Source: an uncultured archaeon
GTDB lineage: Archaea > Thermoplasmatota > Thermoplasmata > Thermoplasmatales > Thermoplasmataceae
Assembly (NCBI GenBank): GCA_000965745.1
Contig: CP009479.1
Coordinates: 256,001 to 320,000 of the forward strand
Reading direction: 5' to 3'
DNA length: 64,000 nucleotides
Shown here: in pieces, positions 31,258-41,219 of the stretch
Position numbering within the stretch: position 1 is the first letter of the stretch
Layout: each line of letters begins with the position of its first letter
Program-made: the position numbers and the translations under genes
The notes under the pieces: generated by a model
Seen by the model: only the letters and a program-made list of their open reading frames with translations
Databases searched by the model: none
Told to the model about the DNA's origin: nothing

Positions 31258-31464
31258 GAACTAAAATGTGCAATAGATATACTAAATTATCGTTAGGTAT
31301 TCGGAATTCGAAAATCGAAATTAAGTCAAATGCCGTATTGCTGGTCATTTGCACGCACCAATCAGTGCCATGATACAGTGTAACATTACGTTTTTCACAA
31401 TCCTCTGCATACCGCACTGTGGATCAACTCTTAAGTACTTCTGACGAAATACCATCTGATCTCT

Positions 31465-32373
31465 ATGGACGAGAACTCAAAGGTATGGTATAACGGGAAG
31501 ATCATTCCGTATGGTGAGGCCAAGGTTCCGGTTCTCACACATTCGTTACAGTACGGCACGGGAATTTTCGAAGGAATAAGGGCATATGAGACCAAGGATG
31601 GCGCTGCGATCTTCAGGCTCGAGGAGCACATGAAGAGATTCATGAGAACTGCGCATATTTACTCCTACGATCTTGGATACGACCTGAAGGAGCTAATGGA
31701 AGCAGTCAAGACCGTGGTCAGGGAGAATGGGCTGAAATCATGCTACATCAGGCCGTTCGCATTCGTCGACGATGACAGGATCAACCTTGTAACCCATGGG
31801 AAGAAGATAAGCACCTTCATAGCTGCGCTTCCATTCACGACACTGTTTGACAAGGCAGACAAGGGAATAAGCTGCAAAGTATCGTCCTGGAGAAGGATAA
31901 ACTCGGACATACTCCCGATACAGGCAAAGGCCAGCGGGAACTACATAAACTCAATAGCTGCAGACCTTGATGCACACGCATCAGGCTTCGATGAAGCGAT
32001 ACTGCTGTCCCTGAACGGGTTCGTTGCCGAAGGTGCGGGAGAGAACATATTCCTGGTAGAGGACGGGGAGATAGTAACGCCCAGCAAGGAATCCGACATC
32101 CTGATAGGAATAACTAGGGATGCGATCATAAGGATAGCAAAATCCATGGACCTTACCGTGACAGAAAGGTTCGTCCACAGGGACGAGCTGTACTATGCGG
32201 ACGAGATATTCTTCGCAGGAACGGCAGCGGAAGTCACGCCCATAGTCAACGTTGACGGCGTGAAGGTCGGCAGTGGTTCAGTGGGCGAAATAACCGGAAA
32301 GATCAGGGAGGCTTTCTTCAAGGTCGTGAAGGGTGAAAGCTCACAGTTCAAGGACTGGCTGACTGTGGTCTGA
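31465..32373 (+). CDS. ilvE: Branched-chain amino acid aminotransferase
   Basis: LQYGTGIFEGIRAY, AKASGNY, EGAGENIF, GITRD, GTAAEVTP. Confidence 0.96.
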   Translation: MDENSKVWYNGKIIPYGEAKVPVLTHSLQYGTGIFEGIRAYETKDGAAIFRLEEHMKRFMRTAHIYSYDLGYDLKELMEAVKTVVRENGLKSCYIRPFAFVDDDRINLVTHGKKISTFIAALPFTTLFDKADKGISCKVSSWRRINSDILPIQAKASGNYINSIAADLDAHASGFDEAILLSLNGFVAEGAGENIFLVEDGEIVTPSKESDILIGITRDAIIRIAKSMDLTVTERFVHRDELYYADEIFFAGTAAEVTPIVNVDGVKVGSGSVGEITGKIREAFFKVVKGESSQFKDWLTVV

Positions 32374-32466
32374 ACCTTTTTTTAATTTTATACCCTATAC
32401 TCGATTTACCCCCTTTTTCTCCCGCAGTTGTGTATGTGCCCTGCTCCTTTTGTGGTAGCCGGGGGC

Positions 32467-33150
32467 CTACTGACTGGGCTTGAAATCCACGTAAAGGCTG
32501 TTTATTGAGTCCCAGAGCTTCGGGAACAGGTAGGAGTTGTAACGGTTTATGAGAAAATCAGTTGTCCCACCCTTCAAGCCTGCCGTCCTGTCCCCTATTA
32601 CTCCGAATACCAGGTACAGGTGGGCGATTGCGAACTCCTGAACGCGGTAGTCATACCACATCATCGCTTTCAGGAGGGCCTGCATATCATGGTGCCCCGT
32701 ATCATCGGGTTCCTCCTGCAGCAGCTTGGGTATCGTGAGCGAATACTTTGCAAGCCTTTTCTCAAACAGCGGCCATAAGCTCCTTGCGAGGCGTTCGGAT
32801 TCATGGTACCTGGGAGAGTCTGCAGTGCTCGCCCCTTCCCCGATTATCTTCCTTATCTTCAGGAAGTCATTTGGCCAGAGGCGCATCAGGAGCTCCTGAG
32901 ATTTCTGAGTCAGCCCGCCCCACAGGTTTGCGGCCTGCCCGAGCAGGTCAACTGCTTCCCAGACGTCACTCGCCTGCAGTTTTTCATTGATTCTCTTCAA
33001 CATCAGATTTATCCTGGTCCAGATGAATTCGGCCTCCTGCTGGACTCCCTGGAAATCGCGTTCCCCATCGCAGATCAGATCCTCCTCTTTTTTCTGAAAA
33101 GACAGCATCTTGTCAGCGCTCAGGTACCGTTCATAAGCTGTTTCTGCCAT
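32467..33150 (-). CDS. Tryptophan 2,3-dioxygenase-like heme protein (divergent)
   Basis: YERYL...LSFQ, F...QQEAE..W, F..IR..IG, H...V..VIG, LFPKLW follow the TDO pattern. Confidence 0.75.
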   Translation of the reverse strand: MAETAYERYLSADKMLSFQKKEEDLICDGERDFQGVQQEAEFIWTRINLMLKRINEKLQASDVWEAVDLLGQAANLWGGLTQKSQELLMRLWPNDFLKIRKIIGEGASTADSPRYHESERLARSLWPLFEKRLAKYSLTIPKLLQEEPDDTGHHDMQALLKAMMWYDYRVQEFAIAHLYLVFGVIGDRTAGLKGGTTDFLINRYNSYLFPKLWDSINSLYVDFKPSQ

Positions 33151-33439
33151 AGAAAAATAACTGGTCAGTTTATATTAATATTATGTACAGACTTGCCACA
33201 GTCTCATCTTCTGAAAAATTTCCTGACTGGCCATGTTTAGCTGACCCCCCGGGGCACATTCCATGTATTCCAACGAAAAAGGTTGAGGTGATTTCAAAAC
33301 GGTCTTTTTTCCCTCCAACCCCATGTCATGCGCCAGTGGGCAGTACAGTCCCCCTCAGTTGCGAAGGGGCGGATTCAAGCCCGATGCCGGTCAGCGTGGA
33401 CAGCCCCTGGGAGTAAGCTCACCTATTTCCTGCAAATTT

Positions 33440-33901
33440 CTACTGCACTACCGAGTATATGTCAAGGGTCCCGGCGAAGTTGTGGTCGGGAACCTGTATA
33501 TTCACAGTAATGTGTGAAGTCTGGCCCGGATTCACGGTTACAGGTAGATTTGGATTTTCAGACACCACGTCAAAGCCGGATGCCTTCACGAAGATCGCTG
33601 TGACCCTGTGGGCCTTGCTGTCGTGGTTGTGGAACGCTATTGTGAAAGAAACTGTCTGCCCTCCCCCGTAGGTCTCATAATTGGCGGTAACGACCTGCAC
33701 CGCGCTGCCGAAGAAGTTGTCAGAAGTGCTGCCGTAACCGAGATGAAGTGTTATTGACGTTATATTCACCGTAACGCCTGTGTCAGAACCTGTAACAAGG
33801 TAAATGCCGGTTGAGACTGCCAGCGCAGCAACAACTGCAGCAGTAACAATGAGCTTGGCTTTCTTCACTGATTCAGGCTTCCCAACTTCAACAGGTTCCA
33901 T
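33440..33901 (-). CDS. Membrane-anchored Ig-like beta-sandwich protein
   Basis: N-terminal TM, then PNLPVTVNPGQTSHITVNIQVP. Confidence 0.7.
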   Translation of the reverse strand: MEPVEVGKPESVKKAKLIVTAAVVAALAVSTGIYLVTGSDTGVTVNITSITLHLGYGSTSDNFFGSAVQVVTANYETYGGGQTVSFTIAFHNHDSKAHRVTAIFVKASGFDVVSENPNLPVTVNPGQTSHITVNIQVPDHNFAGTLDIYSVVQ

Positions 33902-33995
33902 CAGTACATGTAGGATATTCCACATAGTAAAATTTTGCCGGGAATCCATCCCACAAAAATAATTAAAAGTAGAGATCATTTGCATTGGAGGCATT

Positions 33996-35984
33996 ATGTC
34001 CGTACCTATCACAAGCCCGACCCTTGTTTTCGTCCCGCTATATGAACTGGCGATTGATTATTCGCTGTCCTTTGCAGTTACAGCCTTCGTGTTTTACTGG
34101 TGGTACAGGTCATACAGCAGGATCGGCATAGGGTTCAGCGAGATGGGGGCCTACCTCCGCTCAAACTGGAGGGGAATGGCTTCAAAGTACCTTTCATTCG
34201 GAATCTTCCACCGGAAGAACAAGGAAGACCATTACGCGGGCACAATGCACATAATGATCTCTTTCGGCATCCTGATACTTTTTATCGCCACATCGCTGAT
34301 TTTCCTGTCCCATGACATAATCAAGCCGCTGTTCCACTTCGGCATACTGGTCGGCGCGTTCTATCTCAACTTCGAAGTCTGGGCCAACATCGGCGGGGTA
34401 ATGCTGATTGCAGGCCTCATTATGGCACTCTACAGGAGGCTGGCAAAGAGGGTAAGGCTCGATACAGTAGCCGATGACTACATGATAATAGCCGGCCTCA
34501 TGATACTTGCACTCCAGGGTTTTTTCCTGGGGGCCTTGAAAATTGCCCTTTTCAGAAATGCCTTTGACGCCTACAGGTTCGTTGAGTGGGGCCTGAGCTA
34601 CATCTTCCCGGCAGTAGGCCTTACAGGAAACCTGGGCATAGCCTTCTACAGGGGACTCTGGTTGGTGCACATTGCGTCAGCATTCGCACTGGTTGCCTAC
34701 CTGCCGTATTCCAAGCTTTCCCATATGGCCCTGGCTGCTGTATACATAAGCGCCCACAAGGAAAAGCCCAGAGGGGAGATGACGACCCCGTTCATGCTTG
34801 CCGAGGCCCTTGAGACCGGAAACTTCGAGTTCACCGTAGGGGCAAAGAAGGTTACAGACCTGCCGAAACTGAAGCTGGCAGAAGCAATGGCCTGCACTGA
34901 CTGCGGAAGATGTGAGCGCGCATGCCCTGCGGTTATGGCCGGAAGTGACCTTGACCCCAGAGTGGTTGTCCAGAACGTCAAGAAAACAGCAGGAAATGGA
35001 GAGCTGGAGCTGAACCCGGGAATATTGACCGAGAATGCCAGCTGGGCCTGCACAACATGCCAGGCCTGCGTGGAGGAATGCCCTGTTGTTATAGATCCGC
35101 ATTCGTATGTTTTGGAGGCAAGAAGGAATCTCGTGATGGAGAACAGGATCTCAAAGGAGACCGGGCAGTACCTCAACAACCTCACCAACACCCTCAACCC
35201 GTTCGGCAACCCCCCGGGGGACAGGGACAAGCTCCTGGATTACGCCCCCAAGTTTGATTCCGACAAGGAGGTTCTGTACTGGGTCGGATGCATGGGCGCA
35301 TTTGATCCGAGGGATAACAAGACCGCCATAACAATCCTGGAGTTGCTGAAGAAAGCAAACGTGAACTTCGGGATCCTGGGCTCAGAAGAGAAATGCACCG
35401 GTGAGACCGCAAGAAGAATCGGTGAGGAAGGGAGGTTCCAGGAGCTCGTGATGCAGAACGTTGAGACTTTCCAGAATCACGGGGTCAAGAAGATAGTCAC
35501 CGCCTGCCCGCACTGCTACAACACATTCAAGAACGAGTACCCCAAATTCGGCCTGGAAGCTGAAGTGGAGCACCACTCTGAGTTCCTTGCCAACCTCGTG
35601 AAGGAAGGGAAGCTCAGGATGCGCAGGGGGAAGGGGAACATAACTCTTCACGATCCATGCTACCTCGGCAGGATAAACGACGAGTACGACAACACGAGGA
35701 ACATTGTGAGCTCTTCCGGAAACCTTACCGAGATGGAAAGGTCAAGGGAAAAGAGCATGTGCTGCGGTGCCGGAGGGGGAAACTACTGGTACAAGGTCGA
35801 AAGCCAGGACTCCGTGAGCAAACTCAGAATGCAGCAGGTTCTCGAAACAGGTGCAGATCAGCTTGCTGTTGCCTGCCCGTTCTGCATGCCCATGCTTTCG
35901 GACGCTGCAAGGACCCTGAATGCAGAGAACAATATCGAGATCAAGGATGTTGCAGAACTAATCAGGGACAACCTGGAAGAATAG
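33996..35984 (+). CDS. FadF-like membrane Fe-S oxidoreductase (NarI-like TM + 4Fe-4S + 2 CCG domains); probable ETF:quinone oxidoreductase
   Basis: TM histidines, CTDCGRCERACP, CTTCQACVEECP, ACPHC, CCGAGGG, ACPFC; lies near etfAB. Confidence 0.88.
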   Translation: MSVPITSPTLVFVPLYELAIDYSLSFAVTAFVFYWWYRSYSRIGIGFSEMGAYLRSNWRGMASKYLSFGIFHRKNKEDHYAGTMHIMISFGILILFIATSLIFLSHDIIKPLFHFGILVGAFYLNFEVWANIGGVMLIAGLIMALYRRLAKRVRLDTVADDYMIIAGLMILALQGFFLGALKIALFRNAFDAYRFVEWGLSYIFPAVGLTGNLGIAFYRGLWLVHIASAFALVAYLPYSKLSHMALAAVYISAHKEKPRGEMTTPFMLAEALETGNFEFTVGAKKVTDLPKLKLAEAMACTDCGRCERACPAVMAGSDLDPRVVVQNVKKTAGNGELELNPGILTENASWACTTCQACVEECPVVIDPHSYVLEARRNLVMENRISKETGQYLNNLTNTLNPFGNPPGDRDKLLDYAPKFDSDKEVLYWVGCMGAFDPRDNKTAITILELLKKANVNFGILGSEEKCTGETARRIGEEGRFQELVMQNVETFQNHGVKKIVTACPHCYNTFKNEYPKFGLEAEVEHHSEFLANLVKEGKLRMRRGKGNITLHDPCYLGRINDEYDNTRNIVSSSGNLTEMERSREKSMCCGAGGGNYWYKVESQDSVSKLRMQQVLETGADQLAVACPFCMPMLSDAARTLNAENNIEIKDVAELIRDNLEE

Positions 35985-36052
35985 ACTTACCGGCCTGCCC
36001 TGAAGATACAAACATTCAACTATCTCCACCTTTTATTTATGAATTGATAGAA

Positions 36053-36898
36053 ATGTTTGAGCAGGGTCTTCTTGAAGGGAAGAATATCATAATCACAGGC
36101 GGCGGAACTGGTCTGGGAAGGAGCATGGCCCTGAAGTTCGCCTCGCTTGGAGCCGGAATTGCCATACTTGGCAGAAGGAAAGAGCCTCTGGAGGGAACAG
36201 TGCAGGAGCTGAAAGACAGTGGGGCGGATGCAGTCTTCTCGGTCTGCGACATAAGGAAGCCGGATGAAATAGAGGCAGCATTCAATTCATTCCAGGAACA
36301 TTTCGGGTCTCTTGACACACTCGTAAACAATGCTGCCGGCAACTTCATCAGCCAGACTGAAAAGCTTTCCACCAATGCGGTTGATGCAGTCCTGAATATT
36401 GTGCTTCATGGCACATTCTACTGCACGCTCGATATGGGCAGGAGGTGGATAGCTTCCGGCAGGAAAGGCACAATCCTCAACATAGTCACGACCTACGCCT
36501 GGACCGGGTCCGGCTACGTGGTACCATCAGCGGCTGCGAAAGCCGGGGTCCTGGCACTCACCAGGTCACTTGCGGCTGAGTGGGGAAAGTACGGCATAAG
36601 GCAGGTGGCGATTGCACCGGGGCCTTTCGAGACGAGAGGTGCATGGGACAGGCTTGCCCCTACCGAAGATATAGCGAAAGTGATGGCTGCCAATGTGCCG
36701 CTGGGGAGAACCGGCACCCACGAGGAGCTGGCCAACCTGGCAACCTACCTGATATCTGACTATGCCGGATACATCAACGGGGAGGTTGTTGCCATAGACG
36801 GAGGCGAATGGGTAAACGGAGCCGGACAGTTCAACAGGCTGTCCATGCTCTCAGATTCGGACTGGGAAAAGATAAGGTCATTACGGAAAAGAAAGTGA
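36053..36898 (+). CDS. 2,4-dienoyl-CoA reductase-like SDR
   Basis: TGGGTGLG, NNAAGNF, PSAAAKAG (no catalytic Tyr), DGGEW. Confidence 0.88.
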   Translation: MFEQGLLEGKNIIITGGGTGLGRSMALKFASLGAGIAILGRRKEPLEGTVQELKDSGADAVFSVCDIRKPDEIEAAFNSFQEHFGSLDTLVNNAAGNFISQTEKLSTNAVDAVLNIVLHGTFYCTLDMGRRWIASGRKGTILNIVTTYAWTGSGYVVPSAAAKAGVLALTRSLAAEWGKYGIRQVAIAPGPFETRGAWDRLAPTEDIAKVMAANVPLGRTGTHEELANLATYLISDYAGYINGEVVAIDGGEWVNGAGQFNRLSMLSDSDWEKIRSLRKRK

Positions 36899-36956
36899 TT
36901 GCAGGCCCCTGACAAATTCCAGGGCTGCGCGATCCATAATTGGGGATAAAACAGGA

Positions 36957-37850
36957 TCAGGACTGCAGTGCCTGCACAAGCTTGGGGACGATCTGGTACA
37001 GGTCTCCCACAATCCCGTAATCAGCTTCCTCGAATATCGGGGCATCCTTGTCCTTGTTCACGGCTATAACAGTCTTTGAATCCCTCATTCCCGCTATGTG
37101 CTGGATCTGGCCTGAAACTCCAAGAGCAATGTAGATCTTGGGCTTGACCTTCTTTCCTGAGAGGCCAACCTGCCTGTCTTCCGTGAGCCACTGGTAATCA
37201 AGGCATACCGGCCTTGAACCTGCCAGTTCCCCCTTGACTGCTTTTACAAGAGGCTCCACCTCGGATATGCCCTCCTTCTTTCCCAGTCCCCTTCCGACGC
37301 ATACTATGACCTCAGCCTTCTCGAGATTCACCGCAGTTGCCTGCTTCTCTATCCTCTCAACAAGAGAGAGCTTCGAATCCCCAAGCTGGACTTCCTCTGT
37401 CGCTGATGCTCCTTCTGCAGGCTCAGGGTCGGCGATGCCGGGCATAAGGGTAAGCACCTTTGCGCCTGATTCCTCTTCAACGACTGTCTTGCCGCCGTGG
37501 GCAAACCTCCTGGTCACAGCCTTGCCGTCCTTTGGCTCGAATGATATCAGTTCCGTCATTGGCTGGAGCCCAAGTGAAGCGGAGAGAGACCCTGCGATCT
37601 CCCTTCCAAGGGTTGTTGATCCGAGGAAGATGAAGTCGTATGATCCGTTCTCGTATATCTGCCTGATCGCAGATGAGATGTTGTCGTAGAATGAGTCGCC
37701 CTTGAGTGAGTAAATCTTGCCTGCACCGTAATTGAGGACATCACCTGCGCCTTCTGCTTCCGTAACGCCGTCAGCGTCCATCATTTTCCTGATGTATGTC
37801 AGGGATTCCTGAAGAACTGATACATTGTCGGAATAGACTAGTGCCTTCAT
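36957..37850 (-). CDS. etfA: Electron transfer flavoprotein alpha
   Basis: GRGLG, QVGLSGK, GVSGQIQHIAGM, NKDKDAPIF. Confidence 0.95.
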   Translation of the reverse strand: MKALVYSDNVSVLQESLTYIRKMMDADGVTEAEGAGDVLNYGAGKIYSLKGDSFYDNISSAIRQIYENGSYDFIFLGSTTLGREIAGSLSASLGLQPMTELISFEPKDGKAVTRRFAHGGKTVVEEESGAKVLTLMPGIADPEPAEGASATEEVQLGDSKLSLVERIEKQATAVNLEKAEVIVCVGRGLGKKEGISEVEPLVKAVKGELAGSRPVCLDYQWLTEDRQVGLSGKKVKPKIYIALGVSGQIQHIAGMRDSKTVIAVNKDKDAPIFEEADYGIVGDLYQIVPKLVQALQS

Positions 37851-38593
37851 CTTATCACCTCTTTTATTGCCTTTACAACCTCGGGGATACCTTTCTCAGG
37901 GTCTTCATAAACTTCCCTCTTCCTGTCGCTCTTGGGAGCCCTGTCAGACAGCACCTTCACCCCGGATTCTTCGTTGATTCCGGCCTGTTCACTGTTAATC
38001 GGCTTCCTTCCGGCTGCCATTATCTGAAGGACAGGAGGCAGCCTTGGCTCGTTGATCTCCTGTGCGACGGATATGATCGCGGGCAGTTTTGATGAGAGTA
38101 TGACATTGTGGTCTTCCAGAACCCGGGTTACCTTGACCTGGCCGTCCGCGGGCTCCACCGAGATAGCGTTCCCGATCAGCGGCTCTCCCAGCAGGGATGA
38201 CAGCATGCCGGGCAGCAGGCCTGTGTATGTGTCCGCAGACTGGTTTCCCAGTATCACCATGTCATGCTCCATTCCCTTCAGCTTCCCTGCCAGCACTTTT
38301 GCGGTGAGGGCGGGCGAGTTGTCCTGGTATCCCGTGATGACGAAACCTTCGTCCACACCCATTGCATATGCCTCTTTCATCGCCGCATTTGACCTGTCCG
38401 TCCCGAATATGAGGCCGGTCACCTTTCCACCGTTCTTCTCCTTGAGCTGCACCGCCGCCTCAATGGCGTTCTTGCTAAGATTCTCGATCCTGAGCGGCAG
38501 ATTCTGTGTCATCGGCTCACCGGTATTCTGATCGGTTTTCATCTGATCTATATCCGGTATCTGTTTTATCAGAACAGCGATATTATACGGCAT
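37847..38593 (-). CDS. etfB: Electron transfer flavoprotein beta
   Basis: KQIPD, AMGVDEG, GNQSAD, NEPRLP. Confidence 0.93.
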   Translation of the reverse strand: MPYNIAVLIKQIPDIDQMKTDQNTGEPMTQNLPLRIENLSKNAIEAAVQLKEKNGGKVTGLIFGTDRSNAAMKEAYAMGVDEGFVITGYQDNSPALTAKVLAGKLKGMEHDMVILGNQSADTYTGLLPGMLSSLLGEPLIGNAISVEPADGQVKVTRVLEDHNVILSSKLPAIISVAQEINEPRLPPVLQIMAAGRKPINSEQAGINEESGVKVLSDRAPKSDRKREVYEDPEKGIPEVVKAIKEVIR

Positions 38594-38896
38594 AACAAAT
38601 CACTATCACCATAGTATCTTTTTAGGTTTATATTTTCGCCTGCACTGTTCCTGCATTGGTGGAATAAGCTGTTATGCGTGGTTTCCATGAGGTCCGGTGG
38701 AGATGCGCAGCGATGTCGGGCCACTCCTCCCGGTTCCATCTGAATTCCGTGGGTGCATACCTGACCGGATTTCTGAGATTCGAACCTCCTGGGCTGGAAG
38801 TGCCTAGACACCAATTAACAGTGGATTTGCGGTTGCAACTGTTGAGAAACACTTTTTACCATCAATTGCGTTGAATATAACAGGTGTGATTTTCGA

Positions 38897-40090
38897 ATGA
38901 GCGAAGGCAATGAGGTTTACCTCGTTAATTACAGAAGAAGCGCTTTTTCCCGTTCAAGGCCCAACGACCCTGAAAGGGACGCGTTCAATTCAATAAGGAT
39001 GGATGAGGCGCTGGCCAGACTTATAGACAACTCTGCGGCCGAGACGGGCATAAAGAAGGAGGAGATAGAGGATGTCATAGTGGGATGCGCGATCCAGGCG
39101 GATGAGAACTGGACATATGGCGGGAAGCACCCGGCCCTCCTTTCAAGCCTTCCCGTGTCGGTGCCCTCCATGGCACTGGACCGTGCGTGCGCATCCTCCC
39201 TCAATGCGCTGACCATAGGGTCGATGGAAATAATGTCTGGTAACGCGGAAATAGTTCTGGCGGGCGGAATGGAACACATGACCCATGTCCCCCTAGGGAA
39301 TAATGATCATATCAAGCCCAATATCAAGCTGCTTGTGAGGCCGGAGTACCAGAAATATGACATGAACACGGGGTATTCCATGGGCCTGACAGCCGAGAAA
39401 CTGGCCGGGGAGAGGAAGATCACCAGGGACGAGATGGACGAATTCTCGCTGAACAGCCACCTCCGGGCGGCAAAGGCGAGAGACAGCGGGTTCCTTGGCG
39501 GGGAGATCATGCCCATGGAAGTGGAGAAAGACGGGGATTTCGTGACAGTGGACCAGGACCAGAGCATAAGGGACAGAGTTTCCATGGAACAGATGAAGAA
39601 ACTTTCGCCTGCCTTCAGGAACGACGGCGTGATAACAGCAGGGAATTCATCGCCACTGAATGCCGGTGCAACCCTTACCATGCTAATGTCAAAGAAGAAG
39701 GTCGATGAATACGGCCTGGAGCCACTGGCAAGAGTTGTTTCAATGGGCTGGGCTGCGGTTCCCCCCTCGATAATGGGTGAGGGGCCTGTGCCTGCGTCAA
39801 GAAAGGCCCTGAAAAGGGCAGGCCTCAGTGTCGATGACATAGACTACTGGGAGATAAACGAGGCGTTCGCTGTGGTGGTGCTCAACGCGATCAGGGAGCT
39901 TAACATAGATCCGGAAAGGGTGAACGTGAACGGAGGCGCAATAGCCATAGGGCACCCTCTGGGAGCTACTGGCGCAAGGCTTGCGGGAACACTTGCCCGG
40001 ACCCTGCAGAAGAACAGAAAGGACCTCGGAATGGCTACACTCTGCGTAGGCGGAGGCCAGGGCTACTCTGTTGTGTTTGAGAGGGTGTGA
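38897..40090 (+). CDS. Acetyl-CoA acyltransferase (thiolase)
   Basis: RACASS, EINEAFA, GHPLGATG, LCVGGGQG. Confidence 0.96.
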   Translation: MSEGNEVYLVNYRRSAFSRSRPNDPERDAFNSIRMDEALARLIDNSAAETGIKKEEIEDVIVGCAIQADENWTYGGKHPALLSSLPVSVPSMALDRACASSLNALTIGSMEIMSGNAEIVLAGGMEHMTHVPLGNNDHIKPNIKLLVRPEYQKYDMNTGYSMGLTAEKLAGERKITRDEMDEFSLNSHLRAAKARDSGFLGGEIMPMEVEKDGDFVTVDQDQSIRDRVSMEQMKKLSPAFRNDGVITAGNSSPLNAGATLTMLMSKKKVDEYGLEPLARVVSMGWAAVPPSIMGEGPVPASRKALKRAGLSVDDIDYWEINEAFAVVVLNAIRELNIDPERVNVNGGAIAIGHPLGATGARLAGTLARTLQKNRKDLGMATLCVGGGQGYSVVFERV

Positions 40091-40094
40091 AAGC

Positions 40095-41219
40095 ATGGAT
40101 TTTGAATTTCCGGAGGAAATAGTGAGTTTCAGGGAGAAGGTGAGAGAGTTCGCGGAGAGGGAGTTTACACCGGAACTGGCAAGAAAATTCGACCGTGAGG
40201 AGAAGTATCCGGATGAGCTCAAGGACAGGGTCATCAGGGAAAAGCTGGTGGACCCTTCAGACCCCTGGAAGACGCTCGTCGCCATAGAGGAGCTCTGCAG
40301 GCATGACCCGGGATTGGGAATATCAGCGACTGTTCCGTTCTTCGGCGAGGAAGTCCTTCTGCTCTTTGGAAGCGATGAGCAGAAGAAGAAGTACCTGGAA
40401 AAAGTGAACAACGGCGAGGCAATGATGGGTCTCGCCGTCACAGAGCCCGGCGGAGGCAGCGACGTAGCAGGCATAAAGACCAATGCAAAGGACATGGGCG
40501 ACCACTACCTTGTCAACGGCTCCAAGATGTTCATCACAAATGGCGGGATCGCCGATTACCTTGTCATGCTTGTTAGGACATCCGAGCCCGACGAGAAGAG
40601 GCACCACGGTCTCAGCACATTTCTCGTGGAGACAGGATGGGAGGGTTTCAAGGCCAACAAGCTTGTAGGCAAGCTTGGTGTCAGGGCAACCAATACTGCG
40701 GAACTGCAGATCACAAACATGAAGGTCCCAAAGGAGAACCTCATCGGAGAGGAGGGGAAAGGGTTCTACTACATCATGACATTCTTCAACATCAGCAGGG
40801 TCTTTGTCGCAGCCCAGGGCCTGGGAATTGCCCAGGGAATACTTGACCGCTCCGTGAGATTCGTCAACGAGATGTCGCATGAAGATGAAGGCTACAACAG
40901 GGAGCAGATACAGTTCCATCTTGCAGACATAGCAACAAGGGTTGAGGCTGCAAGGAACCTCACGTACAAGGCAGCCTCGTTCCTCTTCCAGTTCAAGCCG
41001 GACCCCATGATAACGAGCATGGCGAAGGCCTATGCTTCCGAAGCTGCAGTTTTCGCCTCCGAGAAGGCAATGGAGATCACGGGCCTTTTCGGCCTTACTT
41101 CCGATCTGGAACGGTATTTCCGGGATGCAAAGATCACTGAGATCTGGGAAGGGACGAGCGAAGTGGAGAGGCTCATCATTTCCAGGATGCTGAGAAAGGC
41201 ACAGGCAGGTGAGCAGTAA
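40095..41219 (+). CDS. Acyl-CoA dehydrogenase, catalytic-type subunit
   Basis: TEPGGGSD, NGSKMFITN, IWEGTSE. Confidence 0.93.
   Translation: MDFEFPEEIVSFREKVREFAEREFTPELARKFDREEKYPDELKDRVIREKLVDPSDPWKTLVAIEELCRHDPGLGISATVPFFGEEVLLLFGSDEQKKKYLEKVNNGEAMMGLAVTEPGGGSDVAGIKTNAKDMGDHYLVNGSKMFITNGGIADYLVMLVRTSEPDEKRHHGLSTFLVETGWEGFKANKLVGKLGVRATNTAELQITNMKVPKENLIGEEGKGFYYIMTFFNISRVFVAAQGLGIAQGILDRSVRFVNEMSHEDEGYNREQIQFHLADIATRVEAARNLTYKAASFLFQFKPDPMITSMAKAYASEAAVFASEKAMEITGLFGLTSDLERYFRDAKITEIWEGTSEVERLIISRMLRKAQAGEQ

Noticed and set aside
33240-33425. GC-rich intergenic stretch that might be a riboswitch or ncRNA
   Set aside because: No TPP, FMN, SRP or RNase P core motifs, and the downstream gene has its own TATA box; a covariance search would be needed.
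35657-36052. Long N-terminal extension of the SDR ORF; similar extensions on E1-alpha and the M13 peptidase
   Set aside because: They overlap neighbouring genes or promoters; downstream starts fit better.
38760-38790. GAGATTCGAACC, like a tRNA T-arm
   Set aside because: No acceptor or anticodon arms can be built.
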